Assembly (NCBI GenBank): GCA_963728565.1
Contig: CAVSLC010000020.1
Coordinates: 1 to 64,000 of the forward strand
Direction of reading: 5' to 3'
DNA from: an uncultured delta proteobacterium
GTDB lineage: Bacteria; Desulfobacterota; Binatia; UBA9968
DNA length: 64,000 nucleotides
The translations under genes and the position numbers were made by a program. Positions within the stretch are counted from its first letter, which is position 1. Each line of letters opens with the position of its first letter. Shown in pieces: positions 19,743 through 30,002 of this stretch. The notes beneath the pieces are model-generated. The model made no database searches and was not told the DNA's origin. It saw nothing but the letters and a program-made list of their open reading frames with translations.

Positions 19743-20567
19743 ATGGCTACGATGATTACTAATGAGTGTATCAACTGCGGCGCATGCGAGCCGGAGTGCC
19801 CCAATAACGCGATTTCACAGGGTGAAACCATCTTTGTCATCGATCCTCAGCTTTGCACCGAATGCGTCGGCTTCCATGATTTCGAAGCTTGCGCCGCGGT
19901 TTGCCCGGTTGATTGCTGTGTAACCGATCCGAATAACATCGAAACGGAAGAAGCGCTGATCGCACGCGCTCGCGCGATTCATCCTGAGACCGACATTGGC
20001 GACAACTTCGAATCCCGCTTCCGCAAAGGCCAAGGGAAATCAGCCGCTCCAACTGCGCAGAAACCCGCGCCAGCGGCAGCTTCGGCCAACTCAAGCGCCG
20101 CTGCAGCACCGCTTAGCACCGCAACCGCACCGCAGACTTCGGGGTACGCCGAACCGGCTGACAACTTCGTTTCTTTACCCCCGATTGACGCGTGGGAGAT
20201 TCCGCTTCGCTGCTTTAAATGCGGGCAAACCCATCCAGAGCCCGTGCGCAACTTCATGATCGGCAATGTCATCTTCTGCCCTCAATGCCACAAATCAATG
20301 GTCGTGCGCGACAATCTCAATTATCACATTCGAACACTGCTAACCGATTCTTACGACAAGTGGCAAAAGGAGCAAGAAGCCTACGTTAGCCGTAGAGAAA
20401 CCGAGCTGGCGGAGTTTATGGAGAAGCGCGCCAAAGACGCGCAAGCGTTCGAATCACATCAGCAGCGACAGCTAGAACACATTCGCGAGCGGTTAGCCGG
20501 GCTCGGAGAAAATTATGACGCGCCCGGGAAACCGATCAAGAAGGGCTCGCGTTTTGGTTGGGGATGA
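19743..20567 (+). CDS. YfhL-type 2[4Fe-4S] ferredoxin fused to a zinc-ribbon/coiled-coil domain
   Basis: CINCGACEPECP and CTECVGFHDFEACAAVCPVDCC; Ala/Pro linker; CFKC...CPQC; charged helical tail. Confidence 0.75.
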   Translation: MATMITNECINCGACEPECPNNAISQGETIFVIDPQLCTECVGFHDFEACAAVCPVDCCVTDPNNIETEEALIARARAIHPETDIGDNFESRFRKGQGKSAAPTAQKPAPAAASANSSAAAAPLSTATAPQTSGYAEPADNFVSLPPIDAWEIPLRCFKCGQTHPEPVRNFMIGNVIFCPQCHKSMVVRDNLNYHIRTLLTDSYDKWQKEQEAYVSRRETELAEFMEKRAKDAQAFESHQQRQLEHIRERLAGLGENYDAPGKPIKKGSRFGWG

Positions 20568-20579
20568 TTTCAGCCTGCT

Positions 20580-21062
20580 TTGACTCTGATGCTCAATTCG
20601 TGGCTTCACATTGTCGCTTTAGTTGCTTACCTCGGCGCCATTCTCGGTCTGGGGTTTATGCTTTTGCCTTCTTTGTCCGCCGTTGAAGAACACGAGGACA
20701 GGGTCCATTTCCTTGCCCGGGGTCTAAAGTTCTACAATCCTTTACAAGTAGGCGCGTTGGGTCTCGTGCTATTTAGCGGCGCATTCGAGTTAACCCATCT
20801 CAAAGAGATCTATCGTGAAATGTTTTTGAAGCAATTGGGCTACAATCTGGCAATGAAGCTCACGTTCGCTTTCCTGCTAGTCTTCTTCAGCGTCTACCAA
20901 GCCATGGGTATCGGTCACCGTTTCGTCAAACGTCGCGAGCTCGGCGAAAGCATCACGCCAACTGAGCTCGATTCGGTCGTGCGACGTCTGCGCGGGGCAA
21001 ACTGGCTCATCTTATCTCTTGCGCTCATTACCATTTGGCTTGGGCTGCGGCTCCAATCCTGA
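20580..21062 (+). CDS. 4-TM membrane protein, CopD-like
   Basis: WLHIVALVAYLG...GYNLAMKL pattern, four hydrophobic helices. Confidence 0.5.
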   Translation: MTLMLNSWLHIVALVAYLGAILGLGFMLLPSLSAVEEHEDRVHFLARGLKFYNPLQVGALGLVLFSGAFELTHLKEIYREMFLKQLGYNLAMKLTFAFLLVFFSVYQAMGIGHRFVKRRELGESITPTELDSVVRRLRGANWLILSLALITIWLGLRLQS

Positions 21063-21296
21063 GGAACGCAGCGTCCTTGATCGTGTCCGCCGCGCGGTAT
21101 GGCTCAGGCGGAATACCTACTTCGCAACACCAAAAGCAATCAACTAAGGTGGCGTTAATACCGGGAGAACGTTGAAATGTTCGGGAGGTTTTCGAGAGCT
21201 TGCGGCTGTGTGAATACGCGATCTTCCGGACGGAAATCGTCACACGTAGTCCCAAGCTGAGTGTCCCATCGACCACCGCTGTGACTGGCGGGCAAT

Positions 21297-21327
21297 AAAA
21301 AAAGGCGGAGTATCTCTACTCCGCCTT
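21297..21327 (-). terminator. Rho-independent terminator of the OmpA-family gene
   Basis: AAGGCGGAGTA-TCTC-TACTCCGCCTT hairpin with an adjacent A-tract (U-tract on minus strand). Confidence 0.75.
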
Positions 21328-21357
21328 CTGACGCGCACAGATAGTTCTTACTGCCTT

Positions 21358-22092
21358 TTACTTAAAGTCTCGGATTGCGGTGCCGGTGAATTCGCCTGAG
21401 GCATCGTTCGCTTCGGAAGTAATACCCTCGCGGTAGACCAGGATTTCAACGCGACGATTCTTGGCCCGGTTTTGTGCATTGTTGTTTTCCGTTAGCGGAG
21501 CGCTTTCTCCATAAGAAACGGACATAACTTTGAGCGGATCCATTTTCTTGTGCGTGATCAGATAACGGCTAACCGCGTCCGCCCGTCGCTTTCCGAGTTC
21601 ATAGTTGATGTCGTCGGTTCCGACATTATCCGTATGACCGGCAACAACAAAAACCGTGTTACCGGCGCCTGACGGATCGCCCTTGAGATCGCTGAGGAAG
21701 CCATCGATCTCTTTTTGAGCTTGATTGGGCAAATTCGATGAACCAAAGGCGAAGTTAGCCCCCTCTTTCATATCGATCACAAAGCGCCGCTCAAGTCTCA
21801 GGTTCGAGAGAGCGTTCAATGCCTTATCTGCTTTAGCATCGACCTGCCCCAGTCGCCCTTCGAATTGGCCGAGTTTGCCTTCGATTCCCGTGATCCGGTT
21901 GTCGATCGCGCCGATTTGCTTCTCACTCTGAGTCAACCGTCCTTCACCCTGTGTCAAACGGTTCTCGCTCTGCGATACCCGATTGGTTACTGGGTCCATT
22001 TGTTCCTTAACCCAGTCGCGAGTCGCGATACATCCCTGTGCTAACAGTAGAGAACCTAAGGCCCCCACACTCAAAATCGTATTAACTCTCAT
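21358..22092 (-). CDS. OmpA-family lipoprotein with N-terminal coiled coil
   Basis: Lipobox AQGC; heptad repeats; GHTDNVG...N..LG.RRA..V and NRRVEI OmpA_C motifs. Confidence 0.88.
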   Translation of the reverse strand: MRVNTILSVGALGSLLLAQGCIATRDWVKEQMDPVTNRVSQSENRLTQGEGRLTQSEKQIGAIDNRITGIEGKLGQFEGRLGQVDAKADKALNALSNLRLERRFVIDMKEGANFAFGSSNLPNQAQKEIDGFLSDLKGDPSGAGNTVFVVAGHTDNVGTDDINYELGKRRADAVSRYLITHKKMDPLKVMSVSYGESAPLTENNNAQNRAKNRRVEILVYREGITSEANDASGEFTGTAIRDFK

Positions 22093-22179
22093 GACCAATC
22101 CTCCTTCTTGACTACCACCTTGTTATTATATCAGTCCGTTTGTTTTAAAATCGTTCGAAATTCGCTACTTAGCCACCAA

Positions 22180-22194
22180 GCGAATCATGTGCCA
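22180..22194 (-). promoter_or_regulatory. Putative sigma54 promoter of the OmpA-family gene
   Basis: Minus strand TGGCACATGATTCGC (GG-N10-GC). Confidence 0.6.
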
Positions 22195-22317
22195 AAGGAA
22201 CGAGGCAATCTTTTCAGGAACTTGCAACTCTATTAATTTTGTTTGCAGGAAATTCCTACATCTTCTTTGTAGGCGTATGCGACGGTAAGCAATCTTGTGG
22301 CACAGCAACCGGTATTC

Positions 22318-22752
22318 CTATCGAGCATTCTTACACGATGTCATCGGCGGTCTTTGGCGCGGATTACCCTCGCGATCGTGATCACTCAACCAGCCATTCA
22401 TTGAGGCAAGCAAGTCGTTTCGCGAAAATGGCTTGTTTAACACCAGTGCCCCGTATTCTTTTCCTTCGCTTATAAGAACTTCCCGATACTGGCTGATTGC
22501 CCCGCTTATGTAGATTGCCTTAACGTCGGGGTTGATGGTTCGAATACAGCGGATCATTTCTATTCCGTCTAACTCAGGCATCTGTATATCTGTGAGAACG
22601 ATTTCCGGCTGCTGGTCCAAGTATCTCAGATAGCCATGCAAGCCGTCATCTGCTGTTTGCACTTCATAGCCCGCCGCTGTTAATGTTTCGGCGATGATTT
22701 GACCGAAGTTTTCATCGTCGTCGACAACCAAAACCCTGTGAGGAGCGGTCAT
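22318..22752 (-). CDS. Single-domain response regulator (receiver)
   Basis: VLVVDDD, LTDIQMP phospho-Asp, ISG, LNKPF. Confidence 0.85.
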   Translation of the reverse strand: MTAPHRVLVVDDDENFGQIIAETLTAAGYEVQTADDGLHGYLRYLDQQPEIVLTDIQMPELDGIEMIRCIRTINPDVKAIYISGAISQYREVLISEGKEYGALVLNKPFSRNDLLASMNGWLSDHDREGNPRQRPPMTSCKNAR

Positions 22753-22821
22753 AAGTTCTCCGAAGTTTGTTAGCTGCGGTTTGTTGATGATCCATTCGCC
22801 CGCTAATAATGCATAGCCAAC

Positions 22822-22836
22822 GCAAATCACATACCA
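22822..22836 (-). promoter_or_regulatory. Putative sigma54 promoter of the receiver gene
   Basis: Minus strand TGGTATGTGATTTGC (GG-N10-GC). Confidence 0.55.
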
Positions 22837-23049
22837 GCCACTCGGAAGAGCAGACCATTGGCCCAATTTGGTTTGTCGGTGAAGCTTTAGAGAAGGTTCT
22901 CGCAGGGATTCCCTACAATGAGGAGAGTCATACGCGTAGGGATTTCGGGGGATCTAGAATGTAGATGAAGACGGCGCTAGCTACATAGTGGCATAGAGCA
23001 ATCGCGGCCGAGTTTGAAATCTATCCTGCGCGAACGAATGAAGTCTGCT

Positions 23050-24481
23050 TTAGCTGGATGCGCTCGCGGCAGACTTGGTTTTTTTGAAATCGTCCGCTTT
23101 GAGGTCGTGCTTCTTCAGCAAGTCATAAAAATCGGCTCTGTATTTGCCGGCCAGCTTCGCGGCTTGACTTACGTTGCCATCGGTCATCGAAAGCACCTGC
23201 ACTAAATAGTCTCTTTCGAAGGCATCGCGGGCATCTTTTAAGGGCCTCAGCGTATCATCGGAGGCGGTTTGTTTATCATTGACGCCGGCCTGCGCACCGT
23301 CTGAGAAAGAGATCTTTCCTTGGAGGATATACTCCTCAGTAACAAACTCCTTCTGCGTCATGGCCACGCTATATTCGATTGTATTTTCCAGTTCGCGCAC
23401 GTTCCCCGGCCAATCGTGCAGCATCAGCTTGCGCAATGCCTCTGGGGTTATCCCTTTAACGTCCTTCTTCATTTGTTGACTGCACTTCTTCAAAAAATGC
23501 TCGACCAACGGAACGATGTCCTCTTTGTGGTCGCGTAAGGGCGGTAGATAAATGGGGATAACATGGATTCGGTAGAACAGGTCGTCCCGAAAAGTGCCTT
23601 TCTTCACGAGTTCTTCCAAATCTTTGTTGGTGGCGGCGATGACTCGGACATCGACCTCGATGGGGATCTTCGCTCCCGACCGGATAGAATTGCCGCTCTT
23701 GCAAGACACGCAACAGTTTGGACTGAGTCGAGAGCGGCATATCGCCGATCTCATCGAGAAAGAGTGTCCCGCCGTGAGCTTGGGTAAAAAGTCCCCTGGT
23801 GCTTTTAACAGCGCCGGTGAAAGCCCCTTTCTCATGGCCGAAAAGTTCGCTCTCCAGCAATGTTTCGGGTAATGCGGCGCAGTTCAAAGCAATAAACGGC
23901 TTATCTTTTCTATCACTGGCGAGATGGATGGCTTTGGCAATGAGTTCTTTTCCAGTGCCGCTTTCGCCGTGGATATGGACCGTCGAGTCGAGTCTCGCAA
24001 TGCGCATAACAACATCCAACACCGATCGCATCTTGGCGCTGCGGGCGATGATATTGGCGAAATCGAACTGCTCGTGCAAAAGCCCCTTGAGACGCTTGAT
24101 CTCGGAGTTGAGCTTGCGATTCTCCAAAGCTCTTTCGATCTGCAGCAACAGATCGCCTGGCTCGAACGGTTTGGTAAGATAGCTGTAGGCGCCGCGGCGC
24201 ATTGCCTCCACCGCATTTTGAATGCTGCCGTGCGCCGTCAGGATGATCGTCGGCACTTCAGGGTTGACTGCGCGGAACTCTTCCATCAGCGTTATGCCGT
24301 CACGGTTGGCGAGCATCAGATCGACGATGCAAAGATCGAAGTTCCCCGCCTTGAGCTCGACGACCGCATTATCCTCTTCACGCGCAGCAGTCACCTCGTA
24401 ATCCGCCGATTCCAGCCGCATTTTTATCAGCTCAAGGAGATTTGCGTCATCGTCGACGATCAATATTTTGCCTAACGACAT
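23050..24481 (-). CDS. Sigma54-dependent response regulator, GlrR/QseF-like, frameshifted near 23663
   Basis: Receiver, [23 protein letters not shown]-terminal [22 protein letters not shown] resembling GlrR; extra C in a homopolymer. Confidence 0.85.
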
Positions 24482-24493
24482 GGTGCCCGTTCT

Positions 24494-25106
24494 CTACTTC
24501 CCTCGGTCGCGCTTCTTTTGTTCGATTTCAAGGTCGATCTGGTTGGCTCTCTCCAGAGCTTGCCGAGATTTCTCCATCTCCTGCCTTGTTCTATCAACTT
24601 CCTGCTTGGATTTCTCAGCAGCCAACCTAAACTTTTCCGCTTCCTCTCGCGATTTTTCAACATCTTGTTTAGATTGTTCCATAGCTTCCCGGGTTCTTTC
24701 CGCTTCTTGCTTTGAAATTTCCACCTGCTGTAGCAGGCCCACCCACATTCTTGCCTGCTCCGCCCAAGAGGCTTTGCGCGTAGTCGCCGATCACCTTGTT
24801 GAACGCTTCGATCGCTTTGCGATGATCGCGTTTAGGATTGCTGGGATGCGCATAAATAAGGCCGATGTTGTAAACGGCGGCATCCCCGGGAGGATGATCC
24901 CCCGCCAACACTAAAGCCTCGCGATATTTAGCAAACGCTCCGTCGTAGTCGCCGTCAACAAACAAACTATGGCCCTGGAGCATCGAATCGCGAATCTGGC
25001 GCTGCTCGCGCCAATCTCTTAGAAGGCTACAGCCGGACGAAAATACAACTAATAGCGCAAGACAAATACAAAGGTGCTTCCCCGCCCTACCTGACTCTCT
25101 GCCCAT
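24494..25106 (-). CDS. TPR/coiled-coil lipoprotein, QseG/YfhG-like, frameshifted near 24767
   Basis: Lipobox SSGC, TPR-like AVYNIGLIYAHPSNP, heptad-repeat C-terminus; lies between kinase and regulator. Confidence 0.6.
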
Positions 25107-26491
25107 ATTTCTCCACCATGGGACTTGATGATGTTCTTGGCGATTGCCAAGCCTAAACCCGTGCCATTTCTGGTATGCGCGCCCTTGTGGCTCCCCTGAC
25201 TAAACTTTTCAAAAATGGTAGTCAAGCTCTCGGCCGGCACTCCAGGTCCAGAGTCTGTCACAGAAACTTGCAAGTTGCCATTTACAGATGCCGCAACAAC
25301 GCTAACCCGGCCGCCTTTGGGAGTAAACTTAACGGCATTACCGAGCAGATTGCGCAGCACTTGCAAAATTCTCTCAGGGTCCAACCTGAGCGCCGGCAGC
25401 GACGGATTCACGTTGGTCTCAAGTTCAATTTGTTTGGCCTCCACCAGCGGCGTGATCTCGGCAATGGCGCGGCGAATTAGCGGATCGATAGTGACCAGAT
25501 CGAATTCATAGCTCATCATACCGGCTTCCATTTTGGACAGGTCGAGCAGGGAATTAACAACAGCGATAAGACGATTGCTTTCCTCGGCGAGAATGGCCAG
25601 AAGTTTCCGTTGTTTGTCCGTGGTCTGGCCGCCGACCCCGTCGAGAAGCAGTCCTGTGCCCTCTTTGATGGAAGTCAAAGGCGTGCGCAGTTCGTGCGAC
25701 ATCGATGAAAAAAAGTCGGCCTTCATGCGCTCAAGCTCTTTCAATCGCTCGCACATCAAATTGAACGCTGCCGCCAACTCACCGAGTTCGGGCGGTGATT
25801 TGATGTTTAGCCCGCCTTCGAAACGGCCCTGCGCGATCTCTCGTGTCTTGGTCTTTAAGATCGCGATCGGTCGAGTAATACTGCGGGTTACGATCAGCGA
25901 CATCGCAACGATCGAGATCAGACACGCCACGGTGATGCTAACTGAAACCTCACGGGCGTGTTCGGCGGCTTCCGCCAGCTCTCTCACTTTAGTAGACATG
26001 GCATGTTGCTGATCGGCTCTGAGCTTTTCCAGTGAAACCAGTATTCGATCGACGATTTCGTCTTTTTCTTGCTTGAATCGCGCCTCAGGATAGCGCTTTT
26101 TCGCGCGCAGTAGCGCAGCTTCTTTTACCACCAACTCCTCGTAGTTGCGGTAATCCTGTTGAACTTTGCTTAAAATCGCTCCCGCCGCGCTGTCTCCGAT
26201 GCTAATGGCGGTTGCGAGTTGAAGGTTAAAGTCGCGCTTTAGACGGAGGAACTCGTTATAGAGCGCCTCATCTCTGCTGATGGCAAATTTCTGCTCATAA
26301 CGACTCTGAGACAGTAGCAGATCGGCGAGGATCTTTTCGTAATCGAGAATTCGGTTATCGACCTTGAGTACAGAATCGGTAAGCTCATCAAAACGATGAA
26401 GCTGGAAAACAGCGTACGCGCTCACCGCCGTCACCAGAAGGAAGATGGCGAGGTAGCCAAGAGCCAACCGCGAAAACAAACTTAACCGCAT
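25049..26491 (-). CDS. HAMP sensor histidine kinase, GlrK/QseE-like
   Basis: Two TMs, HAMP (ITRPI...ELGELAAAFNLM), SHELRTPL H-box, NLLGNAVKF, DSGPG, GTGLGL. Confidence 0.9.
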   Translation of the reverse strand: MRLSLFSRLALGYLAIFLLVTAVSAYAVFQLHRFDELTDSVLKVDNRILDYEKILADLLLSQSRYEQKFAISRDEALYNEFLRLKRDFNLQLATAISIGDSAAGAILSKVQQDYRNYEELVVKEAALLRAKKRYPEARFKQEKDEIVDRILVSLEKLRADQQHAMSTKVRELAEAAEHAREVSVSITVACLISIVAMSLIVTRSITRPIAILKTKTREIAQGRFEGGLNIKSPPELGELAAAFNLMCERLKELERMKADFFSSMSHELRTPLTSIKEGTGLLLDGVGGQTTDKQRKLLAILAEESNRLIAVVNSLLDLSKMEAGMMSYEFDLVTIDPLIRRAIAEITPLVEAKQIELETNVNPSLPALRLDPERILQVLRNLLGNAVKFTPKGGRVSVVAASVNGNLQVSVTDSGPGVPAESLTTIFEKFSQGSHKGAHTRNGTGLGLAIAKNIIKSHGGEIWAESQVGRGSTFVFVLRY

Positions 26492-26523
26492 GTCGAGACG
26501 TCGCCCCTGTAGAACCCAAACAG

Positions 26524-27651
26524 CTAGACAGGTTTTTGATCGCCCGGCCCAGTTTGCAACGATTCGCTCTGCCCGGCGTTGGCCGCCACCAGTTTCTGCC
26601 CCAACTGCTCGACCCGTTTCTCGGCACTTTGGTAGCTGGACTGCGCATGTCCTAGATGTTTGCCGAGCACAGCAAACTCGTCGCGAAGACGCGTAAAGTC
26701 GCCTTGCAACCGGCTCAAGCATTCGATGATTTCTTTCGCTCGCTGTTCTATTGTCATGCCTTTAAGGCCGAGCACAATCGCCTGCAGGTATGCGTAAAAG
26801 CAGTTAGGTGAAACCGGTACGACACGTTTGCTCATCGCATAAAAGCTTAGGCTTTTCTCTTCTGTGGAATCGTCTTTGATAATAATTTCGTAATAGACAT
26901 TCTCGGCCGGAATATACATAAGCGCGAAATCGTAGGTTCCTTCGTCGGGCAGAATGTATTTTGCCGCGATGGCGTCGATATGCTTCTTGACGTCCGCGGC
27001 AAACTGTCTCTTCACCCGCGCTCGATCCTCCTCGACAGTGGTGTCGATGATTCTTTTGAAATTCTCCAGCGGGAACTTGGAATCAACCGGCACCAGCGAG
27101 CTACCCAGCTTAATCACCGCGTCAACTTTCTCGCCGCTACGAAAACAGTATTGCGTCGCGAAGTGCTGTGGCGGCAGGATTTGCCCTAGCAAGTCCTCGA
27201 GAAAGAACTCGCCTAATCCGCCGCGCAGCTTGGGTGAGCGGAGAATTTCCTGCAGTGAAGCTATGTCCTTGCCGACTTCGTAAATCTTACGGTTGGCTTC
27301 CTCGAGTCCGCCGAGGCTTTTCTGCACATTGCCGACCACTCTGGCCGCGTTGTCCAGCCTTTGGCCAACGCTCTGATGTGTTTGCTGCAAAATTTCGGAA
27401 TTTTCGCGCAAACGCTCGTTGACGTGGCCGATCATTTGTCCCAGCTGTTGCTGGATCAGCTGTGTGCTGTTATCCAGCACCTGTCCGAACTGCAGGCGAA
27501 GTTGATCGATTTGTTGCTGCATTAATAACCAGGCCTGGTCGTTTTGTGTTGCTCGTAAAAGGGCGCGCATGCGCCAGAGAAAAAACCAGCCGAGAATCGC
27601 CAAGCCGGCAAGTAACAGCAAGACCAGCGGCAGGGACTTTGCGAGTTCCAC
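26524..27651 (-). CDS. rmuC: DNA recombination protein RmuC
   Basis: N-terminal TM and coiled coil, RGGLGE..LE, PVDSKFP, DFALMYIPAE, SPNCF. Confidence 0.88.
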   Translation of the reverse strand: MELAKSLPLVLLLLAGLAILGWFFLWRMRALLRATQNDQAWLLMQQQIDQLRLQFGQVLDNSTQLIQQQLGQMIGHVNERLRENSEILQQTHQSVGQRLDNAARVVGNVQKSLGGLEEANRKIYEVGKDIASLQEILRSPKLRGGLGEFFLEDLLGQILPPQHFATQYCFRSGEKVDAVIKLGSSLVPVDSKFPLENFKRIIDTTVEEDRARVKRQFAADVKKHIDAIAAKYILPDEGTYDFALMYIPAENVYYEIIIKDDSTEEKSLSFYAMSKRVVPVSPNCFYAYLQAIVLGLKGMTIEQRAKEIIECLSRLQGDFTRLRDEFAVLGKHLGHAQSSYQSAEKRVEQLGQKLVAANAGQSESLQTGPGDQKPV

Positions 27652-27667
27652 GGATCGAGGTGTGGAG

Positions 27668-27880
27668 TTAGAGAAGCCTCAGGGCGTATTCAAGAATCTC
27701 GCTGAGTTTGCGAATTTGCGTTGCTCTCATCGAACGCTCTTCGCGAGGCGAAGAGAAATAATCATCGAGGCTCTTTTTCAAGTTCCACTCGAGCAGCTCA
27801 ACGCACTGCTCCATGCTGACCTTTTCGGAACGACGACGTCGCGCCTGATGCAGGTCTCGGATTTGGATGAGTCGCCCCAT
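27668..27880 (-). CDS. Small hypothetical protein (70 aa)
   Basis: Fills the gap between co-directional genes with short spacings (7 and 16 nt); helical, charged. Confidence 0.55.
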   Translation of the reverse strand: MGRLIQIRDLHQARRRRSEKVSMEQCVELLEWNLKKSLDDYFSSPREERSMRATQIRKLSEILEYALRLL

Positions 27881-27887
27881 AGCAAAG

Positions 27888-28992
27888 CTAAGAATAAGTT
27901 CGGGATGAAGAAATTGTCAAGTCCTGGACGGAGGATCGCGGCTCTTGCTGCGTCACACAATGAATCGCGCCGAGACCTGCAACGACGTCGGTGCAACGAA
28001 TTCCGACGGCTTTTCGGCTCGGAAACAACTCACCTATAATTCCCAGCGCTTTTTGATCCCCAGGGTCGTCGAAAACAGGCACGAGAACTACTTCATTGGC
28101 GATATAGAAATTGGCATAGCTCGCAGGTAAGCGACATTCCTGGTAAAGGACAGGACGCGGCGACGGCAAAGTGACCAGATCGAACCTACTGCCAAGGGCA
28201 TCGCGTGCTCCCTGGAGACGTTCAAGATTCTCTTGCAGAGGAGCATAATTCGCATCTTTCGGGTGTTCTTCAACAGCGCAGACAATGGTCGTGGCGTCGA
28301 CGAAGCGGGCGATATCATCAATGTGGCCGTCGGTATCATCGCCCGCAACTCCCTCACCCAGCCAGATGATTTGACTGACCCCCAGCGAGTCTCGCAAAAA
28401 CTGCTCTAACTCAGCTCGGCCCAGATGCGGGTTACGATTCTTGTTGAGCAGACACTGCTCGGTGGTCAGACAAATCCCGGCGCCATTGACTTCTATGGCG
28501 CCACCTTCAAGGACAAGCGCGTGGGCAAACGCCGGCACACCGAGCAACTCGGCAATACTCTTGGCCACCTGATCGTCCTGTTCATAAGCTTTATACTTGC
28601 CGCCCCAGCCGTTGAAGATCCAATCGTTGAACGCCAGTGGGTCATCCGGTCCATTGCGCACTACGAACGTCGGGCCGTAATCGCGCATCCAAACATCCAT
28701 GGTGGGGATTTGGATGACCTTGACATTTTCAATCACCGCACCGGCCGTTTTTAGACGGAGGGTGACATCCCGTCGCATCGGATCATCATTGACCAGAAGA
28801 TAAACCTTCTCGTGCGGCGCCAACGCCAGAATCATTTGGATCCAGGCCTCCCTGACGCGCTCGAGTTGAATGGGCCAGGTTTCCAGGTTGTGCGGCCAGG
28901 ATAGCCAAGTGGCCCGAGTGCGGCGCCCATTCCGCGGGCATCGAATATCCCAGGTCGCGCGGCATCGGCGAGGGTTTATCTGGGTCGGCCAT
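27888..28992 (-). CDS. aguA: Agmatine deiminase, frameshifted near 28913
   Basis: MPAEWAPH, W.RDYGP, LEGGAIEVNG, DDTDGHID, GAIHCVTQQEP. Confidence 0.85.
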
Positions 28993-29017
28993 CAGAGTGA
29001 TTGAATACGAGCGATGA

Positions 29018-29991
29018 TTAGGTGCCGTCGGGCGAATCGATAAATCGCGACTGCAAAGAACTATAGGCATCGATTCGCCGGTCTCGAAAGAAGGGCCAGC
29101 TCTCGCGAATCTCATCGATCTTGCGCAGATCGCATTTGGCAATGAGAATCTCTTCACGGTCGCCCGCGGCGACGTTCAAGATTTCTCCAGATGGGCCGGC
29201 GACGAAAGAATGTCCCCAGAATTTTAAATTTCCTTCCCTGCCGACGCGATTGACAGAGGCCACAAAGACACCGTTGGCGATGGCGTGGGCTGCGCTGGAT
29301 CAGCTCCCAGGCGTCACGCTGTTTTTGCGCCACCGGGCGGGGTTCCTTGGGTATCCAGCCGATCGCCGTTGGATAGACCAGTATCTCCGCGCCGGACAAC
29401 GACGCTAGACGGGCGGCTTCTGGAAACCATTGATCCCAACAAACCAGAGCGCCGATTCTCGCATAACGGGTTTGAAAGCTTGGAAAGCCAAGATCACCCG
29501 GTGTGAAGTAAAACTTTTCGAAATAGAGGGGATCGTCCGGAATATGCATCTTGCGATATTTTCCGACGATCGAACCATCGGCATCGAGCACCACGGCAGT
29601 GTTGTGATAGATGCCCGCCGACCGCTTCTCGAATAGCGAGGCCACGATGACGATCTGCAGTTCGCGCGCTAGGGCGCCCAAACGATCCGTGCTTGGGCCG
29701 GGAATAGTTTCTGCCAGGTTGAAGCATCGCTGATCCTCGCTCTGGCAGAAATAGCGCGAGCGAAACAATTCCTGCAGGCAGACAATCTGGGCGCCTTTCC
29801 TCGCCCGCCTCGCGTATGCGCGCCTCAGCCTTTGAGAGGTTGGCTTCCGCGTCTTCGCTGGCGCTCATCTGCAGCAAGCCAAGAGTTACGATGTCTTTAT
29901 TTTTCTTCAATCGAAGTGCCGACGGGATTGATGGATTGCGACTTTCGATATTCAGCGCAGAAAGATCCGGACGTCCTCGCCGTTGGGCCAT
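29018..29991 (-). CDS. aguB: N-carbamoylputrescine amidase (nitrilase family), frameshifted near 29805 and 29289
   Basis: YRKMHIPDDP, EKFYFTPGD, CWDQWFPEAAR, YPTAIGW, WPFFRDRR; adjacent to aguA. Confidence 0.8.
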
Positions 29992-30002
29992 GTAGTTCTT
30001 TC

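Noticed and set aside
14962-22098. Magnetosome gene island
   Set aside because: Only the actin is MamK-like; no MamA/B/E/M/O/P/Q-like ORFs, CDF transporters or magnetochrome CxxCH motifs are in the window.
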